A DNA stretch of 64,000 nt from Azolla caroliniana (taxonomy: Eukaryota > Plantae > Polypodiophyta): contig JBHGNT010000008.1 in assembly GCA_043228905.1 (NCBI GenBank), positions 13,578,001 through 13,642,000 on the forward strand. Direction: 5' to 3'. The translations under genes were made by a program, and so were the position numbers. The notes beneath the pieces were generated by a model. That model did not search any database and was not told the origin of the DNA. It saw nothing but the letters and a program-made list of their open reading frames with translations. Below, piece by piece: positions 36,205 through 46,112 of the stretch. Numbering within the stretch: the first letter of the stretch is position 1; each line of letters starts with the position of its first letter.

Positions 36205-36973
36205 TGTTGCCACCATGCATAAGTTTCGTGGTCGAAACTCTCACTCTTGGCGTGAGAGTGTTACATCTGTTAGGTCTACCTATGTTAAAGAATATAAAGA
36301 ACCTTGGAAGTACAAATTATTCAATTAGTGAACGTTTGACATTCCAATGATTCCTATTTAATAGGAGGTTGTTTTTCTTCGAAGGGTAGACTCTAGTTTT
36401 AGGAGTTACTAGTACTTATTGAAATGTTTTTCTATAAATTTCTGTTGGCGGTGGTAATAGAAGGTATTAGTATTAAATTTATTTTTCAAGAAATTTTCTT
36501 GTGTGAGTTGTAATGTTTTGGTACTCATAAGTTCTTGCATCCATTTAAGTTTGTGTGCGAATACATTAGATTTTATCATAGGACTTTAATAAGAATAGTA
36601 TAGGAAATAAATACTCTTTTTATCCCTTTTAATCAAATTTCGAGCCCTCAAAATTCTCACATGGACTCCTAAAGGCCATTTTGTCCAAAACAATTAGTTT
36701 TCTCATGAAGTATAATATCTATGGTTTCCAACTAATTAGGTGTCTTTTATAAATTGGTGACACTTCAAAGGTGAGATAAATGATTAGGTAAGTGAATTAT
36801 ACGCATTAGCAAAATAACATGGGAAACTGAAAAAAAATCACTTTGCTTTCTAATGATACATATGATTTGGGAGGAATTAGAAAGACATGGAGGAGGGTAA
36901 ACCATAACTTAGCTTAGATGAATTAGGAACACATGTAGTCGAAGGTGGAAATGCATGAAAATAAGATGGATAT

Positions 36974-37498
36974 TTAGTATGGACGTTGGCCAATATAGTT
37001 TCCAGGGGGGTAGTAGTTGCATATGATGTATGTTGCAAGGGGGTTGGAGGTGCATTTATGAGCGACGCATCCAACACGTCGTGTCTTGGCCCACACCACT
37101 TGGGTATAGTGGCCACATTGTTGGCCACTGGCACAAGTGTTGGTCTTGTAGTTGTAGTATCGCTTCTCAGATATCCAATCTGTCAAGGCTTGATTAGTTG
37201 TTGCTAGGGCGCGGGTGGTAGTCCAATACCAATACAAGTTCTCTCCATAAGGACCTTTGGAATGGCGTAATGCACCAGCACAATTAGCTTGGGGTTTATC
37301 TTGGCTTATGGCGTATTTGTTGGCATAGTCTTCCAATGTTTTACTCCAAACTAGAAGTGGAATGCCCAATTTTTGCCTCTCAACATTATGTGCATTTAGA
37401 AATTGATTTTGTTGTGTTTGCGCTATGCAACCAACAAAACTACTTATCAACACTAATAGAAGAGTAAAAGGTGCATAGTTAATATGTTGATTTTTCAT
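36974..37498 (-). CDS. PR1: Pathogenesis-related protein 1 (CAP/SCP family), secreted, basic, intronless, 174 aa
   Basis: Hydrophobic signal peptide (TLLLVLISSFVGCIA); FLNAHN, HSKGPYGENL, CGHYTQVVW and CNYYPPGNYIGQRPY motifs; TA-rich TATA region about 100 bp upstream. Confidence 0.96.
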   Translation of the reverse strand: MKNQHINYAPFTLLLVLISSFVGCIAQTQQNQFLNAHNVERQKLGIPLLVWSKTLEDYANKYAISQDKPQANCAGALRHSKGPYGENLYWYWTTTRALATTNQALTDWISEKRYYNYKTNTCASGQQCGHYTQVVWAKTRRVGCVAHKCTSNPLATYIICNYYPPGNYIGQRPY

Positions 37499-38009
37499 AA
37501 TATGTGGTGGTTGCTCAATATTGGACAAAAGGTAGTATTTCCTTTATCGAATATTAACTTCCCCTCGTTATGTGTGTTTGTGCTTGTACTATGATATATA
37601 CCTATACCTATATATATATATTAAGAGAGAGAGAGATGCTGATAGATAATAATGTCAAGGATAGAAATATGACTCTCAAAGTCAAGGCTATCCTCCATCC
37701 TCCACGTGATACTAATTCAACGTTGTAGCCTAAATTATACGTCATTGTCAAATATAATAAAATGCATGTCAAATGTATTAAAATATAGGTTGGAAAAGAT
37801 GTGCATCTACGCATATTCGATAATATTATAAGCAAAGGACCATGTCCTCCAATTAGGGATTAATATTAAACTTGAGTCGGTGTTGTCATGTGTTTATGAT
37901 ATTCAATAATATTGGACTATAATGATCATAATTCTAGTCTCTTCAAAACAAAAATAGACTCTACATATCTAGAAAATAATTAGACAATAAATATTGTATA
38001 GGTTCAATG

Positions 38010-39130
38010 AGAGTAATTTGAATCCTATTAGCCCCTTACTTCTTTCAAGTTATCCCAACCCCCTACGCTTAGCAAATGGGCCCCTCAATCTTAGCGTGTA
38101 CAACCTTTGTGTTTGTTTACTTACATGGCAATCATGGTTTCAGAGGGTGTCCCCCCAATCAATGGCACACGACTATTTTGGCAACGAAGACAACGCTCTC
38201 AACACGTGGTTCTCTATAGTTTGTAATTGCATGAAAATCTCTTTTGCTAACAAAACGTTCATAGAATTGAAAATTTGAATTAGGGATTATTATTAATTCT
38301 CCTAGGATTAGTGCATGGGGTCTGCAACCTTGACCCGTAGATCCTATTTGTTTGTCTACCTATAGGGCAATCATGGTTTCAGGGGGGTGCCCACTCCTTT
38401 GGTAATGAAGAGAACTTTCCCAACATGGCCTACTTCTACACCATTTGTCAAGAGCTTGAAAATATATTTTGTTAACCAAACGTTCATAAACTTTAAATTT
38501 TCAATTGAGAATTACTATCAATCCCTCTACAATTAGCACATGGGGTCAACCTTAGGGTGTGGATCCTCTCTACTTGTCTATGCAAAGGGCAATCACAGTT
38601 TCAAGGAGGTACATCCCCTTAAACAAATGGCACATGACACCCTAGGCAACCAGAAGAACATTTTCAATGCATCCTAGTTCTCCACCATTTATCAAGTGCT
38701 TGAAAATATCTTTTGGCAAAAATAATTTAATCAAGGATTGTTATTAATTTAAAGATAGTATGATGATAATGTGGTAGTGTGGTTCAACAAGCTATCATGC
38801 ACACTTTGTACCTCAAATCTCTTTCAAAGAGAGACAAATTTACACATTATTAATCATGCAAAAGAGTTTCTCTTAAGTTTTTTACCATAAACTAGGTTCT
38901 CGATGTAGAGCATGGGGTCTCTATCCTTAGGGTGTGTTTGTTTACTCATAGGGTAGTCATAGTTGAGGGATACCTTCCCTTAATGACAACCACAACAAAG
39001 GCATCATTATTCTCACAATTCCTCTCCTAATTACAAGAGCCTTTAATATGCACTCAAACCCTCTATCATTTGTCAATCACTTCTAGATATATTTTGTTAA
39101 CAAAGAGATAATAGACTTGAAAGTATAATG
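38010..39130. repeat. Degenerate tandem repeat, about 4 units with a period of roughly 230-240 bp (third unit longer)
   Basis: Recurring GCATGGGGTC..CCTTAGGGTGTG..GGGCAATCATGGTTTCA..CCATTTGTCAA..TTTTGTTAAC blocks near 38071, 38312, 38537 and 38910. Confidence 0.75.
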
Positions 39131-39139
39131 TCACGCCTC

Positions 39140-42090
39140 ATATCATAGTCTTCCCGGACACAAATGAGTGTGATTCCTCTAGCCAAAACCTTGAACCACA
39201 CCCGCTAAACACCTTGAAATGGCTAGGTATTGGGCACAAGACAGTGGAAAAAATAAGGGTACATGTATCAACAGTACACAATAACAGAGTTCCAACGACC
39301 TCAATCTCCTTTCCACTCTTGCTTCCGACATTGGAAGATTGGTCGAAATCCAAGATTAAAGATACGTTATGTAGCCAAGCAGCATGCTTTGTAGCAAAAA
39401 TAAGTGATGAAGACCTCATGAACGAAGTAAAGCAGCATTGGCATAACACTGAATTCTGGTGCACCATGGATGAAGAGGAACCTCATCTCTGCCACATCCA
39501 CCTGCGGACTATCATAGACACCCAACTAACTCCAAAAATTTTCTATTTTTATGAGAAGCATGAAGGGGCGATTGAAGCTCACAGGATAGCCCACAAAATC
39601 CACTCATGGATGTGGACCATCATTCCATCAATGGAAATGACTGGTTGTCTAAATGGTGAGTGCTCCCCACTCACAGCATGTTGTGCAAAGCATCAGGCAC
39701 AAATTTCCCACTCCATTCCATGATTATGAAGATTGTAACATGGAATGTGCAAGGGCTCAGGAATCGACTAGACCAGCAAAACAGATGGAAACTAAGAAGA
39801 GATCTTGAGGAATATATATTAGGGGGTGATGGTGACATCATCATGTTGCAGGAACATCACCTTGATAGTACTCGTTTAAAGGAAGTCAGAGATCTTTTAC
39901 CAGGATCATGGCGAACAATTTGAGAGCCAGCAATAGGGGAGGATGGAAATCATGGTGGTATTTGCACTCTAATTCGGGAACATCTAACCCAAGGCCTCAT
40001 ACACCAGGAATCACTTATACTTGGTAGGGCACATTTTTGCATGTTGGCCATCCAAGGGCAACGCTGGAATTTCATGAATGTTTATGCTCCAAATAGCAAA
40101 ACAGAAAGGGCAACATTCTGGGAACGCATCCGTCTACAAGTAGCGGGTGCAGAAGAGTGGTGCATTGGAGGGTATTTTAATATGATTGAATCCATTCACG
40201 ATAGCTCCAACAACAACCCCATAGTTCTACAAGGAAGGGAATGTAAACAATGGGAGAAGCTATGTGTACACCTTAACCTGTGAGACATCTGGCATTCTAA
40301 CAACTTCCTATGAAAAAGGGACTCTCTCTTATTCTCCCAATCAGACGGGTGGAATAGTGAACCCAACCTTTCCCACATTGACCGCATTTATGTGGGGGAG
40401 GCTCTTGAAGCGAAGGGAGGGTGGTCTCGCATAACTCCAGGCACAACTTTCTCTAACCATTACCCGGTAGTCGGTCATTTCCAATTGCGCCGAGAATGGG
40501 ACCCATTCCAGCCTCGCATCCCGCACACTATCTACACAGTTATAGAGGTGAAGGAACGACTCTCCAACCAATGGTCATTACCCGTCAATGTTTCATCAAC
40601 ATCTGACAAACTTCTAACTAAATTAACAAGAGCTTCAACTCTCCTACATGAGTTTGTCAAGACCAGAAGCAAGGATGCTCAGGAAAAACGACAGAGGACA
40701 AAACGGGGACTAATAACCTTACAACGACTCCAACAAAGATACCCGTCATGTAGTTGGATTGCAGGACAAGTTGCCATGGCCAAACATGAACTCAACATGG
40801 CGGAAAAGGAAATATACGACGTGGAGTTTCATGGAAGCATGGCACGATGGGTTAGAGTAGGGGACAAAACCACGAAGGAATTCTTCCGCTCCAAAGGCCT
40901 GAGGCACACTAGAACAATGATGCGTAGCCTCAACTGAGCGGATGGAATGACCATTGAGGATGGCGATGAAGTGAGGAATATTGCCATAGGTTACTATAAG
41001 CACCTACTTACTGAAGATACTATGGCCACAGGGGAAGACATAAGAGAAGATATTATCCTCCAAAGCATACCCAAGAAAGTCACAATGGAAATGAATACAT
41101 GGCTCGTGCGTCCCCTATCAACCATCGAGATATGGGAGGCCCTCTTTGATTTGGATATAGATAGTTGCCCCGGAATCGACAGCCTCACCCCTCACTTTTT
41201 CACATGCCTTTGGGACACTATTAAAGAAGACCTCCTCCAGGCATATGAGGAGATCATCACGTCTAGAAACATGTTGGAGGAATTTGGACAAGGGATGATA
41301 CATCTCATTCCTAAAAGTGGTGGTAGTGCCAACGACATTAGCAAGTGGTGGCCCATAACTCTTCTCAATACTGTCTATAAGTTGCTCGCAAAAATCGTAG
41401 CACACCAGTTAACACCTCTTCTCCCTCAACTCATTCATCCATCCCAGACAGGTTTCGTTAGAAATCAAAGCATCCTAGACAACCTCTTCTCATTCTAGGA
41501 AGCAGTAGCCCTTGCCAAGCGTACCAACAATAAGGTAGCGGTGGTGCTACTAGATTTTGAGAAAGCATATGACAAGGTTTGTTGGAACTTTCTTGAAAGT
41601 ATGATGGGGAAACTCGGCTTTCAAGAGACATGGACCGAAGGCATTGCAACATTATAGGAACGACAACAGTTGTGTTTCACTGGCAAGTGAAAGGGGCCCC
41701 TTTTTCCGAATATCCTGATCTGTACGACAAGGATGCCCACTAGCTCCATCCTTATTTCTATTATACGTCGTAGCACTCCCTTGCTTTCTCAACTCGCGGC
41801 ATCTCAACCTACGTGGTCTTCCCGTGCCTTATTCTCATCAAAGCATCCTGGATATAGAATTTGCAGATGACACAGCGGTCTACCTGCAAGGGGATTTGGA
41901 AAACCTACAAAAGCTCGAAAGTGGGTTAGCCGTATTTTGCAAGAGATCCAATGCCATGATCAATTGGCACAAATCCTGTGCAATATGGCTTTCTCATGAA
42001 ACACATCTTGTGTGGCACCCACATCCCGCTTTCAAATGGATCAATCAAGGAGCGAGCATCGAATATTTGGGGTTCGAAATTGGTTTCTAA
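39140..42090 (+). mobile_element. L1-type LINE: end of ORF1 and degenerate ORF2 (APE endonuclease and RT), 3' truncated
   Basis: MKIVTWNVQGL, MLQEHHL, NVYAPNS, HIDRIY, WWPITLLNTVYK, LDFEKAYDKV, RQGCPLAP and EFADDT motifs. Confidence 0.92.
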
Positions 42091-42730
42091 AATCCTACAT
42101 GTAGAATAGATAATCTACAATAATCTAGTATGTTAAGGTAACATGATTATGTATTGGATGTATTGGTTAAAACATATCGATTAAATACAATAAGTCAAGA
42201 GTTTAAATCATGACATGATTGTTGTCATGTCCATGACATTATCCCCCTATTAAGGCCACCTCCGAAGATGCCTCCCCGGTTTTTGTGGATATTGGTGATG
42301 AAATGCATGAACAACATCAGTGCATTCTCCAAGTGTTGGGTTGGTTCCCAAGTTGCCTCCATAGGACTAACTATTGAAGTTGTCGACGATGCCAACGAGA
42401 GTCCAGAATCTTTTCCACCTCATACTCCTCACCTATGGAAAGCTCAATTGGAGGTGGAGGTGGAGAGTGTCTTCCAGGAATAGTGATGGATGATAAGGTT
42501 CGAGAAGAGAGGCATGGGAGACATTATGAATCTGGAAATGTGGAGGAAGTACCAGCGAGAAAGTGATGGGATTGACACACTCAATGATGCGGAAAGGCCC
42601 CAACTTCTTGTAATCCAACTTTCCGCAAGGTCGAGTAGTATCAACATGGCGACATAAGAGCTAAACTTGATCACCAACTACAAAGGTGGGTGTAGCGGAA
42701 CGATGTCGATCAGCTTGCGCTTTATACCGG
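42091..42730 (-). mobile_element. 3' end of a chromovirus: integrase GPF module, chromodomain, PPT and start of LTR
   Basis: LDYKKLGPFRI..IHNVSHASLLEPY and ATWEPTQHLENA; minus strand AATAGGGGGATAA followed by TGTCATGG at 42238. Confidence 0.85.
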
Positions 42731-43356
42731 TGTCACGGAATCTCACCCATGCAGTACCATCAAGGTCATGGACTACGAAGGGAGGAGTTTCTGGAAGGCC
42801 GAATCCTCCGGAGACTACCACGTTGCCGGCCGGATCGGTTACGGATGGTGTTCGCGGAAGACCAACCCAGACGGTTCCGGATGCGTTCAGGAAGCAACCC
42901 GGACTCTTGAAGGAAGAAAGCGCGTGTGCACATACCCACGTGGCCCACTTGCCCGTATGTACAAGGGCCTCAAAAGAAGTACGGGTCGTGGCCCGGTTAA
43001 CCACGCTCGTGCACACACATATACACACATCGATTACAACCGACACACCAAACCAGCACCCAACACACACATCCGCACTTAGGCACCGGAGACCCCTAAG
43101 CGAACTCCCAAAACACACCCTTATATATATAGACATAGATATGTGTATGTACATAGCATGTTGCAACGCCGGCTAAGCTGGTTTCACCATAGAGACAAAG
43201 ACGGCGTCTACATCCCAAAACTAGTTGGGAGCTCACAGGCTCACCAGCAAGATTGGAATCTTGTGCAGGACACGCCTCTTCCGGAACAACAATCTTCTGT
43301 TGTCAAGCTGCTAGTCGGGGAGCACTTGGGCTCGCCTACGCGTGTGGGGATCTTGC

Positions 43357-43399
<43 letters not shown>

Positions 43400-46110
43400 G
43401 AGGACCGATGCCTTCGAGCACTCGGGCTCGTCACGAACAGTAACAACATGGAGACAACAACAACCCTAACAGAGAACAAAGACCGAACAGAACAGAAGAG
43501 AGGGAACCCAACTCTAGCCTCACAACACGAAGCCTAGTGTACAAGATAAAACCCTAGACGAACAAAATGGAAACAAACTCTATTATGAAGAAACCCAAAA
43601 ATGGAACCTACTAAAGGGGACCTATGGAACCTCAAAATGAGGAACCCTTTTACAAATGATGCTCCCTTCCTTTTATAGAACACGGAGAGGGATGCGTAAC
43701 AATGTGGGATAAATCCCACTGTACATGGGATCCTCTATCCCGAATTAACTCCTATTCGGCGCCATAAAGGCGCCCCTATTATTTTGCACGTATACACAAG
43801 GGTGGTTGCCCACGCCACACCCTGTCGATGTTCCCATTATTCCTGGTTTTCTCACTAAGCCTGGGAATCTTCACGACATCCGCCCCCACCAAACCGCGCG
43901 TCCACCGGTACGTGCCAAATCCGAAGAAGCGTGAGAGATTCCGGCGGTGCGAGCAACTAGTCTTCCATAATCCGCATCACAGCTGTCGTGTTGGCCTCCG
44001 CCGGTTCCGAACCGTCGGCTCCGGTCCCTTCTTCGCGTTTGCCTCTCTGTAGGCTCATTCGACCCTTCGATAGGTCGTTCACCATGATCTCTTCTCGCAC
44101 GCGTGCTCGTCCTATGGCCCTTGATCGACCATATGCACGCCCCTCGCTTCCCCGTACACCCGGTGTCCTCCGCGTTCGAGGAGCATCCCGTAGTAGCCTG
44201 CTTGGCCACCGTCAATATCTGTGATGCCTTGATTGCTTGTCCGGTGCCATTGTTCGCCATTGCCCTTGTCCCCTTGCCGCCACCGTCCATCTCCCTCGAT
44301 CTCACGTTGCCACGTCGGCGGAATTGTCGGGGTCTCTGGAACTAGTGTGAAGGATCCTTCTTGGGTCGTCGATGTCAGGAACAATACCAAGACAGAGAAG
44401 GAATTAGTACTAAAAGAAGTATTAGTACTAAGAGAGGTGAAGAACTCTCGAGAGAAGGAAAGAGTGAGTGAAAGGGAGGGAGAGAGAGATCGAGAGAGAG
44501 AGAGAGAGAGAGAGATGATAAGAAAAGATATATATTATGTGAAGAGAATGTACAGTAGTAGCTAGGAGGCTTAAGACTGGCGTTGAAGCGATTTGGTTCG
44601 AAATAATGCCTTGTGCCTCCTTTTATAGTGTTTTGAGGAATACTCCTAAAGTTTCTAGAATGTTCTAGAGAAATCTGGAATATACATCAATTTTCTATAA
44701 TAAAACATAAATGAAAATAATATTTTATATATTACAATGTATGGTTTAATGGTCAAGAGCTCGACCCATGTAGCATAAGGTCATGGGTTCGAGTCTTGCC
44801 ATATCATGACCGTCGATGTTCTTCGAGGCTACCGACCCGAACAATCCATCTTTGCGCCCATATTCTCATCTCGGCACCTCCATGTGCCGTGTAACCCTTG
44901 ACTTTGCCTCACAAGAGGCTCAATCCGCATCCTCCTTCGCTCGACCTCGCCCATGCCGAACTCTGGTCTTCCCCCCGTGCTCGTACCTCGGCCCTCATTG
45001 GTCACATGCACGCCTTCCGATTCACTTCCGGGTGTGCCCTTTCCGGCTCAGCATGTCGTTCTCGCTTGGGTGTCCTTGGTAGCTTTCCGGGTACCTACCC
45101 ATGCAGGATCACCCTTGTCCTTTGGCCCGCATGGCCCGTCATCTCCGCATCGCGTTGATTGGGTCCGGCGTCGTCGCCCGTTGTTGCATTCGTCCCCTCG
45201 CCCCCACCAGCTTATCACCTCGGGCTTACGCTTGCCACGCCAGCCGTCGCCACCCCGACTAAGTTGTCGAGGGTCTCCGGTACAAGTGTGGAGGATCCTT
45301 TTCCGGCTTCGAAAATTTCTTCGTAACCGACCCGTGCTATGCGTGCGCGTCCTCCTTCATCCTTCCGACCCTACCGACTGGGTTCGTATCTAGTTCGTGG
45401 CCACGACACCGGCCTGATATCTCCTTCTGCTCCTTTTCGTAGCTTCTGCTAGATCCCGTTCACCTGTCGCCACCGTCCTTCTCTCTAGGGCTCACGTTGG
45501 CTCTCGGGCCGACCGCCAGAGTCTCCGGATCGGTGTGAGGATCGTCGTAGGATCGCCCCATCCGCACTTCTACATTGTATGTTGGGTGTCCTCGGTAGCT
45601 TCCCGTGTTGCTACCTGTGAAGGATCACCCTGGCCCGTTTCAGCCCTCTTCACCTCCATTGCCCTCACGATGCCTTGGTTGCTCAGTGCCTCTGTTGCTA
45701 CCGCCTTCGTCCCCTCGCCACCACATTCAGTCTCTTGGTCTTACGTCGGCTCCCGCTTCCGAGCGCCAAAGTCTCTAGCCTGGTGTGGGGGATCCTTCTC
45801 CGGCCTGCAATATGTCTCAGCCACCACCCGGTGTCTCAACGTGTCCGGTCTTCGTCCTTCTGACCCTGTGGATCGGGTCCAGTTCCGGTTCCAGTCTGTG
45901 GCCGCGTTGCGGGCCTTGAACCTCCTTTCCACTCTTTTGGTTCCCTCATAGGACCCCACTCACCGTCCGCAGTCGATGCCCTTGTCCCCTCGCCGCCACC
46001 ATCAGTATCTTGGTCTTACATCAGCTCTCGATGCCGACCGTCGTAGTCTCTAGCCCGGTGTGGAAGATCCTTCTTGGGTCTCCAATGCTTCCCAACCCTT
46101 CCCCGGGTCG
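42731..46110 (-). mobile_element. About 1.15-kb 3' LTR (42731-43878) and GC-rich repetitive internal region of a probably non-autonomous relative of the 17069-23999 lineage
   Basis: TGTCACG..CACGACA termini; adjacent TCCGCCCCCACC..ACCGCGC..CCACCGG is shared with 17692 onward; partner LTR not found. Confidence 0.7.
44373..44811 (-). repeat. Solo LTR of the same family as 62512-62947
   Basis: Inverted homology to 62512-62947; perfect TSD GTCGA (44368-44372 and 44812-44816). Confidence 0.92.
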
Positions 46111-46112
46111 TC

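Noticed and set aside
37499-37528. Longer PR-1 start given in the ORF track
   Set aside because: It uses a TTG start; the ATG at 37498 gives a normal signal peptide
43359-43397. (GA)n microsatellite, with similar tracts at about 14205, 25780, 44490 and 51895
   Set aside because: Ordinary GA/CT tracts within LTRs
44738-44805. Functional tRNA gene
   Set aside because: Stems are imperfect, no clear anticodon arm, and it is part of a repeated LTR; reported as a tRNA-like element instead
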